64,000 bases of DNA. It comes from the human T2T-CHM13v2.0 reference genome, Homo sapiens. The translations under genes were made by a program, and so were the position numbers. Shown piece by piece: positions 25,017 through 38,600 of the stretch. Numbering within the stretch: position 1 is the stretch's first letter; each line of letters begins with the position of its first letter. The stretch lies in the NCBI RefSeq assembly GCF_009914755.1, contig NC_060927.1; one strand, 5' to 3'. Below the pieces are notes generated by a model, which ran no database searches, was not told the origin of the DNA, and saw only the letters and a program-made list of their open reading frames with translations.

Positions 25017-28000
25017 AAGAGACAGTCACCAGGCAAGCCAAATCAGGTGTGATCCTTAGGGAGATGAACCCACAGAGGCCAGTTGCTATGAGTTGGCCTC
25101 CCTGGCACCTCCCGTGTTTTAGCTAGCTGATTTTCACTTGCACATGAAGGGAAGAGTTGAGAATACCATTAACTTGATTTTCTTTGAATTCTTTGTGAAA
25201 TGGAAATAGTAATTATTTGTGGAGAACTTCATTGTCTTGTTTAATCCTCGTCATCAGTGCTTCCCAATTGCTGTGACCACATTTACAGGTTAATTGTAGA
25301 TATCCATACTCTTAGCTCTGGGGGAAAGCCAGTACCACACAGCTAGTCACCTGGCTACCCTTGCAGGCCAATAAATAGAGTTTTCTAAGTGTGCTGAGAG
25401 GAACACATACCAACTCTGGGAGTTATGTATTATCCCCATTTTAAAGATGTGGAAAAAAAACCCTAGACAAGGATCTTGCCCAGTATCATACAGCTAGTAA
25501 GAAGTATGCATAGGAACAATACTCTTAACTCTGGTTTTCCTCCAGACTGAGTTAGTCACATTGTCCTTGATCTTCCCACATCTCCTTGTCCTCACTCAAG
25601 TCTAGCATGTGTTATCTTTATTTACATCCTGTAGTACCACCACCACCAAGCAGCTTCGTAAGGGAAAAGGCTATGACTGAGTCTTAGGTCCCTGGCACCT
25701 ATAAAAGCATTTGGCACATGGAAAATGTACTTAGCAAATATTCAGTCGTTGAAAGAGGAAAGGGGCTTCCGTATCATATGTCTATTTCATTTTGCCATAT
25801 TGCTGCTTTAAAATAATTTGTACAAAGTTATTTCATCTGTATTTTGGTAGAAAATGAGTAGTTCATAAACCTGTATTATACTCAGAGATATTACTATGTT
25901 ACTGCTTTAGAGAGCTTATTATAGAAAGTTGAACTCATTTGGGAATGCTTTTTGTGATATTATTGCCAAGGAAGTGTTATTAATCAAAAAGTATTCATTA
26001 AATGCATGTCGAATATCAAGTGCTATTAGAAAGGTGATATGAGGGTTGAAGAAAATGTACATGGTGTTATTTCTGTCCAGATGAGCTTCCAGACTCATTG
26101 GGGAGGTAGAGTGAATAGAATCAAATCAAAATAATTAAGTGATCATCTGTAGGAATTCTGCAACAAAGCAGAAAAACAGGGGCTCAGACCAGACGGGTTT
26201 GAATCTCAACTTTGTCACGTAATAGCTGTGCTCAGTATTGGTTAAAAGACTCAATTTATTGACCGCAAACTCATCTGTAGAATGGAGGAATAATGTCTAC
26301 CCTTAGGGCTGCTATGAGAATGTATGGGAAAGCACTTGGTACAATTCTTAGAACATGACAGTCATTCACTGCAATCATTTGGCAGATATCTACAGCCCCA
26401 CTTGTGTGCAGATCTTTTTCTGGGAGTACAGTGGTGAGCAAAACAGATGATGTGTGTTCCTTTCCCATGTGGAGCTTGCTGTCTGATGTGAGATAAAAGC
26501 AATAATCCAATTATCACACAAGTAAATGTAAAATGATGGCTGTGTTAAGTCCAGTGAAGAAGAAGTACACGAGGCCAGGAGAATGTAACATAAAGCCTTC
26601 TAAGAGAAGACCTTCCTAAAGAACTGACACTTATTTAAGCCAAAATCTGAAGGTCATGGGAGAGTTAGCCAGGCAAAGCGTATGGAGAGGGAAGATCTTT
26701 GTAAGCCAAAGCCCAGAGGTGAGAAGGACTTTGGTATGCTTGATCAACAGGGAGAAGACCAGTGTGGCTTAGAATAGAATAAAAGGGTACTTTCTTTTCT
26801 GCCTACTTCCAAAGTGCACTTGGAGTTCAGAGAAGGCAGAACTTGTACAAAGTTCAGCGAAGGAAGAGACTGCATCCTATACCGAAGAGATATGTCACCA
26901 TGACAGAAGGCTTGAATTGGTGGAGAGGGAAATTGTGTGAGTAATTCTATTGAGTCTTGGCTGGTTAGGTGGCATGTCATTGTCTTACATGTGTGGACTG
27001 GCATATGCCAAGTCGGGCACACCAGGAAGAAAGTTTCTCCTCCATTTCTGTGTGGCTTTGAGCATGCTGATTAACTTCTCTGAATCTTGGTTGTAAAAAA
27101 AAAAAAAAAAAAAAAGATGTAGCACCACAAGTTTGTGAAGTTTGTGGGAATGGGAAGATATAATGCATGTGAACGTGGCACATAGTGTCTAGTAAGTTAG
27201 CTTAGCTTATTTTATTTTCTGCTCCTCATAACCTTTTTCTCCCTGTACTACACTTTCCTTTCATTGTAGTGAACCTCTCATTATGATACTTGCTAACTGA
27301 GATCACATCACCTGTGTTGCTCACAGATACAGATTTTTTATAGTAGTTTGGTGATAGCCGAAACATTTCTCTTGCTTGGCATGCAAATGCTATCATTCTC
27401 GTTCATGAACTCATTGTGTAAAATGCACTTAGCCACATCTGGCTGCTGTTCGCATGAACAGAGGTGACTGCTGGTGAGTGGACAAGATCCTTCACAAGCT
27501 TTAGATGGTAATTTCGTCGGTGCTCTAATGACCATAACACTTAGTTGTTATTGATTTGTCCTCAGTGGAGAGATGTACTTTTCTGCCTGATCTTAATTAT
27601 GGTTCATAATATTAGATCATTTCAACACTGAGTTAGCATTTTGCCCTTGTAACAATTTGTTTTAGTTCCATCTTTGTATTGACTTATAAGTAAATTTAGA
27701 CACTATTACCAAATACTTATCAGAAAAAGATAGTGGGGGTAGAGTGGGTTATTTTTCAGCAAGATGCTGAGTTATCCTTTATTACATGCTTTATGGCAGT
27801 AAATCTTGGACTCCCTTGCACCCTTTTATTACTAACCTGCTTTTCTGTGTCCCTTGAGATCTTAAGTCTTCTACTTACTAGATTATGAGAAAAACTCCCA
27901 AATTTCCCTCCAACCATAACCTCACTTCCAAACTCCAGTCCTATATTTCCAAATGCCTGCTGGATATTTTCACCCTGAAAATCCCAACATCACCGAAGGA

Positions 28001-28794
28001 GCAAGAGGAAGAGGTGGTTTCCAGGATGCAGAGTGAACTGTGGCTGTACAAGAGGAGAGAGAACGTCCTTTTGCAGAGGAACGAAGCCCCTGCCTATTGA
28101 CCCAGCAGGGAGGGAACCAGGAGGAGAAGTACTCCAGCCTCTCTTTTCCCACCCTCTTCTAATCATTCAAATGGAAACTCACCCCACTCCCAAAATGAGC
28201 TCCTGCCATTGCTGGCCCTTATCTTGTTTTGAGAACTGCTATCATCCCATCACTCAGGCTCAACCTTGAAATTATTTGTAACACCTCCCTCCCCTGTCTG
28301 CACATCTAGTCAACTGCAGTATCCAATAGATGCCTCTCTAGTTATATTTCCCTAGTGTCTTTTAAATATGGCACTTCTTCTTTGTTCCTGTCAACACCAC
28401 CCGAATTCTAGCCCTCATCGCCTCTCCTTTAGCTTATTGGAAGTGCTTCTTAACCAGTTTCTCCCTATCTAGTGTGCCTCCTCTCCATTCTGACATAGAG
28501 CTGGTGGATTCATCTTTCGGAATTATAGAACTGATCCCATAGTTCCCCTGTAAAGAGGCATTAAATGGTCCCCCTGGCTATAGTAATGTGCTGGATATTC
28601 TTGATGTCCCTCCAGTTCCACCCAGTACCCCTTTCCACTTTGCTGTGTGCCCCAGGAATCAGATGTATATGGGCTGTACCCATAAATGGGTCCCTTGCCA
28701 TCTGGCTTCTTGTTGGGTTCTGCATCCTGCGGTAGCTCACTCAGGGTTGTTTGCCCATCCTTTGTGAGTTGACTTTAACCTCGCCCATCCCTTA

Positions 28795-29227
28795 TGCTAT
28801 TGTTTGAATGTATGCATCCCTCTAAAATTTGTATATTGGAACTTAAACCCCAAGGTGATGGTATTAAGAAGTGGGGCCTTTTGGGAAGTGATGAAGTAAT
28901 CAGGGCTCTGCCCTCATGAATGGACTAATGCTCTTATAAAAGAGATTGAAGGGAGTTCCTTAGTCTCCTTTTGTCCTTCCATCTCCTCTGCCATGTGAGG
29001 ATGTGAGGACACAGCCTCAGTTTTGTCTTTGCCCCCTTCTGCCATGTGAAGACACAGAAAGAAGGCACCATCTTCAAAGCAGAAAGCAGTCCTCACCAGA
29101 CACCACATCTCCTGGTATATTGATTTTGGACTTCCCAGCCTCCAGAACTGTGAGAAAATAAATTTATATTCTTTATAAATTACCCAGTCTCAGGTATTTT
29201 AATATAGTGACAGGAATGGAGTAAGAA
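28795..29227 (+). mobile_element. MST/MLT1A-type MaLR LTR nested in an older LTR33-like element (~28590-29310)
   Basis: TGCTATTGTTTGAATGT...GGACTTCCCAGCCTCCAGAACTGTGAGAAAATAAATTT...AATTACCCAGTCTCAGGTATT. Confidence 0.75.
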
Positions 29228-29485
29228 TCTTAAAAATGGTCCCTTTTTAAAACTTTTCTGTATTCATTCCCTTTTTAATGTACCATCTGTTTTCTTCTAA
29301 GTCTCTGACAAGGATGAGAAATCAGAGAAAACTCCTTAGTGAAGCATAAAGGCCCTCCATATCTAGGAACCATCCTACCTTCCTGTCTTGATTTCCATAG
29401 CTACTGTGGCATAACCAAAATCCCATTCAAAATGAAAGCATTCCTATTCTGTCCCCTATTCCAAGTCTGCTGCCCTGACGCCTTT

Positions 29486-29622
29486 ACACCAGTGTAAATG
29501 TTTAACAACTGGCTCTCCAAAAAGGTAAGCCCTCCTTTTTGTGACCAATTTTAAGCTACCAGTGTGATGTCTCTGAACTCAGATTTGGAAAGAAATGCTC
29601 ACAACTGACTCAGAATACCACT
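29486..29622 (-). mobile_element. MER63-like hAT element fragment
   Basis: GTAAATGTTTAACAACTGGCTCTCC...TTTAAGCTACCA...ACCACTG. Confidence 0.55.
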
Positions 29623-32600
29623 GCTTTGTGTACAGCTCCCCACCTCCCCTGCCACTGCCCTCAGTGCCTTACACAGAAGAGTTGCTCAATAAACTATTCT
29701 AATTCATTTCTATCATTCCTGTGGGCATTTGGAATGGTACAGAAACCTACTTACTAGCCACATGTTGATGGTAATATTTGTGTACCCAGAATTTTTTGGT
29801 GAGTGCCAACATAGGTACTAGCTGGATTTTTGAGACTTGAAAACGCTGAAGTGAAAATAAACTAACTACTTGCTCACATTTTGTGCTAAGTTGCTGAAGC
29901 ATAGCATACTACTTAATGTTGCTTAATTCTCCAATAAAATAATTCTCATTTTCTGATCTTGTTTTCAAACCATGTCTTCATTATCCTCAATTAAATGTAA
30001 TTTGAAGTAATAATAAACCACCATTAAAATGTATTTCCTCACTATTATAACCATTTGAATATTCTATAGTTTATGTCCCCTTAAATCAAAAACTCTACAG
30101 AAATTTTTAAGGTACATGTTCATCCTAGACATATATGATTGCACTGCAATTTACTCTAAAATTTATTTTATTAAGAAATAACCCTTTCTTAGTCTTTCTA
30201 AGAGATAACTTTAATTTTGCTTCATATAAAAAATTTCTATATTGAAAGTTCAAAATGCAACTACAATTTCTATTAGAAAAATAGGAGGTAAGCCAATAAA
30301 GATGATCTTATCATAGCATTGGATTCTTTTGTATTTTAATGGTTATGAAGGACAATATGGATATTCAACTAAAATTATTCTTTTTACTTTTAATAATGAA
30401 CATATTAGTTGAAGAGCTATTATAGAATGCACTATGATTTATAATGCATTTTAATGTTCTCAGCTGTTCCTTTGCACCATATGATTACACAAGCCTAGAC
30501 TGTGTAATTAAGGACCATCCACTAATGTGCACTGGTGGATTTATGGTTTCCAGGTCATCGATGATCTGAGCACTTTGAGTATTGGACCATTAGTTTCAAA
30601 TGCATACTAAGATAGGGGAACACATTGGCATCAAGGAAAATCTACAATAAGAAACTCTTTCAAATTCAGGGATGTAACTTTCACCTGATTTTAATTTACC
30701 AAAACAATTAAAAAACCTGATTAACAGAAATCCTAATTAACTAGATCCCCTCCACCCTCAGTCCACTTTTAGAAGAAAAGGGAAGATTGGAAGAAAATAA
30801 TTTAACCAGGGCTTTCAATTAAGAAAAAAAAATATTCCAATATGAGTTCATTATTAGGGCCTTGAAGAAAACTATGTCTTAGTAAAAAATATATAACCAC
30901 CCTTATTAAAGGCAAAAATATAGGTATTACAATTTGAAACTATAAAAGCTTTCTAGGAAACCTTCAGTCAAACAGAAAATTAAATTTGCACATTCCCTGA
31001 GCCTAATGCTCTAGTTAACCAAGGTTTCGCTCTACAAGTTAGCTTTCTTCTACGTGTCTAAAAGAAGGCTGCAATGTACTCTTGGGGTCCAATAAGACAA
31101 TTAAGGCAGGTGGTATCACAGAAAGGCCCTGTGCAACGAACTTGACTTTAACTTCAGCTGGTTCACTTATAGCTGCGGGAATTGTGACATTACTTGAATT
31201 AGTCATGATTTGCCAGAGAAAGAGAATGAATAGGATGGGTGATTGATTGATTGATTGATAAGATAGATAAGATACGATAGAGAGATTTATTACGGGAATT
31301 AGCCTACGTGATTATGGAGGCCGAGAAGCCCCACCACCTGCCATCTATAAGCTGGAAAACTGATGTTCTGTCCCAGTGTTGTAAGAATGTAAGTAAAGCA
31401 CCTTTCACAGTTTCTGTTTTGTATTCTGCTCCCCATCCCTGTCTTTGGCCACTTCCTTAAAGACTCACTGTGGCCCCCAAGCTTTCAGAGGAAAGGTTTC
31501 AACAAGCAGGCACACCTCTACTTCATTTTCTTGTGGCGATTAAAAATGTCTAGTTCTTTAAGTCCTTATTAGAAATAGTCATAAAAAATAGTTTAGAAAA
31601 GGAATTTGAAATCAAGTTTATTTTAAGAGTTCAGGGGCAGATGGCGTTACTTTGCTTCTTTAAAAAAAGATGGCATTCAATGTGGTTGAGTTCTATCAAG
31701 TCAAAGGACAAGTACTGTCTCATTCACCCAAACACTGCTGTCTTTAACCTTGACTAGCGGGAACTTCTATGTTAAATGTATGCACACTTCTGTACATCTG
31801 CCTTCAAATTTTAAAGGAACATTTTAATGTGGAAGGGATATGTTCTTGACATTTTCTTAGTCTAAAGTTTAAACAGCACTTCGTCTTCTAATTAGGAAGC
31901 CCTAAGCAGTCAGGCTCTTTAGAGAAATATCACTAGATCAGAGCTAAAGGCTCCCGTCTTAAGGACATTGGATGTTAGTTTTTTTTTTTTTTAAATAAAA
32001 ATGTTGTTAAAATGTCAGATAATTAGTACAGATTACTACTGGTTTAAAAAATATAACAAAAGACAGCGCAGAGCTCTAGATGAGCAGAGAAAAATGCAAT
32101 AAATGTTCTGAAATGAATGTGAAAATGTTAGCCATTTTCTTGATGAGGAGAATTATCCTCACCATTACAAACTAAACTTAATTCAGTCTGGGAGAAAAGC
32201 AAATCTGATGTAGTCTAATGGAATTGCTTGACTTGATCAGCATCCAAAAATCTATGGCTCAGTATTAGCCGCCTACATGTTGGCACTTTCAGTGCCCACA
32301 GTGACGAGTCTATTTTTTCACTGGTGTATGTGTAGTGTTGAATGTACAATCCGGAACCATTGTAGCAACCAGTTCCTTATGCAACACTTACTAACAGGGC
32401 ATGGCGAAATCTGTCCGAAGTGAGAATACCCAGTGCTATACTGTGAAAGACTTAAACAGAAGTAATGCAACTGGGCCTTCCAGGCATATTAAGCCTGCCA
32501 AAGTAAAGATTTGGCATTTAACATTTAATCATGCAGCTAATTACAAAGCAATTATTTCATATAGACATATTACAGGGAGAGAATTAAAATAATCTGTAAA

Positions 32601-33283
32601 AGACTAAAATTAATTGATTTCATGGTAGTTTTTAATAACTACACTTGCTGGTGCTGAAAAGGAGCAATAAAAACAGCCCAGTTGTTGGTTGATGTTTTGT
32701 TCTGTGCTGGGCCTTCTGTCAGTTTCTCAATTCAATAATGTTAAATTGCCACTTTCATGATTCCAGCTATGCAAATAGTCTATTTCTTAAAAAGAAAAAA
32801 ACAACTTTCTTGATCTTACAAGTGATTTAAACAGAAAAAAATTTTTCCCGTCGTCCTACTTTCTTTGCCTGTCATAGAATCTTGGGTTTAAAAGGGCTGT
32901 GAAAGACTAAAGGCTCGAGATTCTTCAAACTGTATCTGGTGTGTGACTTTCAAAACATGGGAGGAAAATGATTTTGGCACAGAGCTAAGGTATTTCTTGA
33001 ATAATTATAAGTTTAGCCTGCTGGGTCCTAGAAGAAGTTATAAAGATCATAGAGCTTACCACAGCTTTTAAAGTTAAGGAACAGGTACCTCTATCTCCCT
33101 ATCTGTAGGATATACAGGCAACAGTAGAAAGCAAACTCTTTTCATAATCAGTTGTGTGTAGTAAGAGTACAATGGGGAGAAGTAGGGTAAGGAAAGTCAG
33201 GACTCTAAGTATTTGATAAAATAAGCATTCATATAAAAATAATTTAGATGGCAGTTAATACACATATTAATTAACTACTTTAC

Positions 33284-33572
33284 TTTTTTTTTTTTTGAGA
33301 CAAGAGTCTCACTCTTTCACCCAGACTAGAAGGCAGTGGGGTGATCACAGCTCACTTGCAGCCTTGAACTCCTGGCAGTCCTCCTGCTTCAGCCTCCTAA
33401 GTAGGTAGGACTATAGGCACACACCGCCATGCCTGGCTAATTTTTGTATTTTTTGTAGGGATGGGATCTCGCTATGTTAGCAGGCTGGTCTTGAACTCCT
33501 GGGCTCAAGCAAGCCTCCTGCCTCAGCTTCCCAAAGCACTGGAATTACAGGTGTGAGCCAATGTGCTCAGCC
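33284..33572 (-). mobile_element. AluJ with TSD ATTAACTACTTTA
   Basis: Diverged reverse Alu (GAACTCCTGGGCTCAAGC J-type); TSD copies at ~33270 and ~33577. Confidence 0.88.
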
Positions 33573-33600
33573 CAATATTAACTACTTTAAAATCTTACAC

Positions 33601-34083
33601 TTCTTTAGTTTACTAGGGCTGCCGTGGCAATGTACCACAAACTAGGTGGCTTAAAACAACAGAAATTTATTATTTCACAGTTCTGTAGGCTAGAAGTCCA
33701 AGATGAAAGCATCAAGGTGTCAACAGGGCCATGCTCCCTCTGAAACCTGTAAGAGAATAAGTCCTTGCCTCTTAGCTTCTGGGGGTTTGCTGGCAAACTT
33801 TGGCATTCCTTCGTTTACAGCTGTGGAACTCCAATCTCTGCCTTCATTGTCACATGGTGTTTTTGCTGTGTGTCCCTGTCTTCACATCATTTTCCCTCGT
33901 CTTTAAAGGACACCAGTCATATTGGATTAGGGGCCTAGCCTATAGCCTACTCCAGTAGTCTACTCCTCATCTAAACGAATTGTATCTGCAATGACCCTGT
34001 TTCCAAAAAAGGGCCACATTCTGAGGTCCTTGGGATTGGGACTTCAACATCTCTTTTTTTGAATCCACAATCCGTAACTAACA
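33601..34083 (-). mobile_element. MLT1 (MLT1C-like) LTR
   Basis: TAGGGCTGCCGTGGCAATGTACCACAAACTAGGTGGCTTAAAACAACAGAAATTTATT...AAGGACACCAGTCATATTGGATTAGGG. Confidence 0.8.
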
Positions 34084-35329
34084 AGCATTTTGACCCAGAT
34101 CATGGGATACACTGATGGTAAATGGTGTAGGCATTTTGTGCATATTAACTCATTTCATCTTTTTGACAACCACATGAGGAAAGGATGCTGACACTACTCT
34201 CAAAGGAAGACACAGAGACTAGAAAAGTATCATGTGTGGAGCTGGATTTTAATCTCAAATCTGTTGACTCCGAAGCCTATGCTCATTCTCGTATTCTAAA
34301 GAGCTGCCTTCCCAGGGATCCTGTTTTCCCATTCTCTTTTGTTGTTGTTGTTGTTGTTGGAAAATCTAGAGATAATTTCCTGAGTTCTCAAAAACCATGT
34401 CTACCTTTCTCACAATAATATTAATTTGCCCTGCTAGTTTTTAGAATTACTTTTACTTCATATGTTCTGTAATTACATTGTCCAAGAATGTGATCTAGAA
34501 ATGACATATATTTTTAATAGGAAGTAACTAAAATGCCTAAAGTACAAAACACCTAAAAGGCATATTTGTGCATTCAACAGTCATTTTCGAGTACCTGCTC
34601 TAGGGCTAGCATTCTACTAGGCCCTGTCTAGCAAATTTGCCATCAAAAGCTCTTAATTTCTAAAAAGTTTCATTCAGCCTTTTCTTTAGGGAATATGGTG
34701 GGAGTCATGGCCTTTCATACAGGGCTGAACATTTTTTGTTTAAGTTATTTTCTATGTAAACCGCTCTTCATTTATTCAAATACAATAAATAAGGAGAGCA
34801 ATGGTGTACTCTGATACTTGAAAAGAGGAGATCTATTCTGATGGAAACCTTTGCTTGCTTCCATCCTAAGGGTTTAGGTAAAAGAATTCTTATGTATTTC
34901 CTTCTGGATTCAAATTACATGAACTTTATGAGTCCATACACCTGTTTCAGACAGGCTTTGTTCTCGCAGGTATAGCGAGAGAAATGCAATAAATGAAGAA
35001 AGGTCTAAATATACTTTGTGATGTACTCTGGTTGTTGTTTCATTGAACACTTGCAGGCTAGTCACTGTGTTAAGTGCAGTACCTACCAGGATGAATAAAA
35101 CATAACCTTGGACTTCAAGAGTTTGAGTCACCTCTGAGAACACTCTGATGAGTGACTGGAAGAATGAAACAGTGTGGCTTAGAGCAAAGCCATGGCTACC
35201 TCTGTCTTTGCAGTTACCAGGCCCCAGCTGACATGCCTGCTGGATCCTCTGAGCCTGTGAGTGGTGGCAGGTCAGAGCCAGACTAAGGCTGGAATCTTTT
35301 TAAACGTGGTCTGCATGACAGGACTCTGG

Positions 35330-35660
35330 TGCTTTAAAAAATATACAGATATTCCCAGACCCCATCCCAGACTTACTGAATCAAAATCTCCATGAGGCAT
35401 GAGAATGTGCATTCCCTTAAAACGATCTCCAGATTCATGAACAACTAAGTTTGGAGATATAGGGCTGTGCATGCCTAGTGTGGTGGCCACTGGTTACATC
35501 TGGCTATTTAAATGTAATTCCAGTCAATTGAAATAAAATGTGAAACCTCCATTTCTCATTCCCACCAGCTACGTTTCACTTGCTCAGTAGCCACTCAGGA
35601 GCTACCATGCTAGGCAGTGCAGACTGAATATTTCTGAAGTTGCATTAGATAGTGCTAATA
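35330..35660. mobile_element. Adjacent MER5A-like and MER3-like hAT fragments
   Basis: CCCAGACTTACTGAATCAAAATCTC (MER5) followed by GTGGCCACTGGTTACATCTGGCTATTTAAAT (MER3). Confidence 0.55.
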
Positions 35661-38600
35661 GAGCAAACACAAATTAGTAACTCTCATTCCTCCCTCCCAA
35701 AGATCCACCTATCTCTTTACTCCTCCCTTTTGACATGTACCTTTTCTTTTTTTTTGAGTAACTTGTGTACTTGTCTTATACACTCCCCTTAAGATTAGAA
35801 GCTGTTTAAGGGCAGGGTCTGGTCTTCCTGGCCCTGTGACACAGCAAACACTGAATGTATTTTTAATTAAATCAGTGTGACTCAATTTGCACCATTTTAT
35901 TGGATCTCTTTTGCATTTCAGCTGACACTAGATTTCATCAGAGTCTAGAGAAAAGGATGGATCACAGAACAGGTTTGTCTCAATCACAAACAGTAGGATG
36001 GATTTTTGCTAAATTGCAAGGTTTTCTTAAGCACAAAATGTAGAAAAGACCCACCAGAGCTGTGAGTATTTGCAAGCCTAAACCTATTGTCATATTTGGG
36101 TACCTAGAAAGCACATTTGAATTGATTCAGCTAGCTGTTTGATTTATCTATTGAGTGCCCACTATGTAGATGCCAGACTCATTGCCTCACCCTGGAATGA
36201 CTCAGAGTGAACAAGACAGAAACGGGTTCCTCACTCCATGAGATGCACACTCTCATATGGCATATTGAAATATTGGCAAGGAGTCTCCCTGCCCAGACGG
36301 ATTGGGATAGAAAAGCGATGCGATTTGGGTTCTGGCATCAGATGCCTGGATTCACATAGAACCTCAACCACTCTGCTGTACTAGTTCCAAGACCTTGGGT
36401 AGTTCATTTTATTTTTCTGAGTCTCCATTCCATCACCCATAAAAATAGGAACATGATGGCATTCACCTCATAGCGTTGCAAGCATTCCATGAAATAATTT
36501 ATGTAAATGATTCAATGCAGTGCATGTTGCATAATAAGAGCTTAATAAGAACTAACTGCTGTTACTCTTACAACTACTACTCAGCCAAAACTACCCTGCA
36601 ATTAACATTAAGATGTAAAAAATTAGGTGTCTGCAAGGTTAGAAAATAACTCATTATTTGGAAAGGGTGTTTTCTGTCTTTCTTGAGCTAGCAGTTTAAT
36701 TCCTGTAGCTTACTATTTACATCCTTGCATCCTAAATCACTGAGATGGATATATAAATGTTTTGGTAGATGCCTATCTCTTGTTTTATTTTTTATGTTTC
36801 TTTGGTGAAGGATTTAACTTGTTTGAAACACTTCTTTCCAGACAATTAAGAATAGGGAAATGCTTCAGGTGTCATTCAACCTATCTTGGTGTAGAGAGAT
36901 CACAAAGAATTCTTTAAAGAGGCTTACCATTAAACTGCAAAACTGAAATCCTAATAACTAGAATGCAAATATTTAATTAGCATTTCTCATTAAAATAAAT
37001 GTGTGACTTTTTTTCTTACCTTCAAAAATGACATGGCCTTTGAAAATACATACTGGAAATGAGCTGGGAAGAGAAGGGTTGGATTTTGAAGGCAGCCACT
37101 TGATACTGGGGAGTTTGCAAGTTGAGCCTTCCTGAGTCCTTCCCATTCTTTCATCGGGGGGAGAAGAAGACTTTGCTGTGCACCTGTATATAATAGTGAA
37201 ATTAATTTCAAATCCAGGACCTGCTTTATTCTTACCTCAGATTCCATGAAACCTGCTTTAAACTTTTTCTAATATTCTAGAAATCTACTCTATCCTTACC
37301 CAAGGGATAGAGGATATTTCTGTGGCACCCAAGCTGTTCAGTGAACAGATGAACTGTCCCAGGGTCTTCACTGTGATTGGAGGGGCTCAAGTCATTTGGG
37401 AAAAATCGGTGTTGGCTTCAAGAGCTATAAATGCTCCCAGGCAGCCAGACTATACTATTGATACTTCATTCATTTGATTCAAAATTGGGGGTTTTTGGGA
37501 TGACTGTGTGTCCTGTGGGAGGTGGTACTTAGAGCATGGGCTTTGAAACCAAGACGATTTCATTTGATTCCTTCCTTCATCACTTTCTAGATGTGTACCT
37601 TGAGCAGGTATATCTCTATGCATCTATTTCCTCAGTGTAAAAAGGGGACAATCATAGTACCTAGCTCCTGGGGATGTTGTTTAAAAAAAAAAAGAAGAAG
37701 AAGAAGGTTAGGTTAAAAGAAGAAAAGTTCCAGATAATTTTCAGGAGATTGTTTTCAGGACATAAATTAATTTTCTTATCGGAAGAGTAGATATTAACTT
37801 AGGTTTTCAGCACCTGACTCTAATTGTCTTAAGTTGACGCCAAAGGAAATTTGTTGAAATCCTGCTATGATCCACTGCTCAAGACATGTTATCTCATTTA
37901 ATCTTCAGAACATCCAAATGAGGTAGGTATAACTATGCCCATCAAAAAGAGGGGGAAACCAGGGCTTAGAGGGGTGGAGTCATTTGTCCCAGGTGGCATA
38001 GGTAGTACCAGGATATGGACCCAGCTCTGTCTGCCTCTTGAGACTGTGCCTTTCTTTTTAATTTTTTTTTAAAGCTAAACACAGTTTCTCTTAAAAATCT
38101 GGGAGCAAGTGTTTTGCTCCCAATCAAGAAGTGCTGCTTAATGGGTACCTTTAAGAGCAGAAACCTGAACAAAGCATCAAATACTCAATACCTGGAGCTG
38201 GAGCCCTAGTTTCAGCCCAGCCTCATCATTTAGAGGTAGGAAAGATGGCTAACATGCACTGAGCTGGAGTCAAGACCAGAGGTAAGGACTCAGGTCCCCT
38301 AACTCTTGGTCCAGTGCTCCAGCCCCTGTACCGTGCTGCTTCTCAAACTACCTGAGAGTCAGATAGGACTCAGAACCAGACAGCATTCAGGCATGGGCCC
38401 TATGTCCATGACTTACTAGCTCACTTGAGACAAATGAGTTGACATCATTGTAAAGAATAGAGATGATCATACCATATACACGTAAGTCACTCAGTGTAGT
38501 GGTTAGTACATAGTCTTTTATTAAAGTGAGTTTACTAGTAGAGTTAGTTACATTCATATTATTCATGAGGGCTTTCCTATCTTGAATGTCCAACTCCAAC

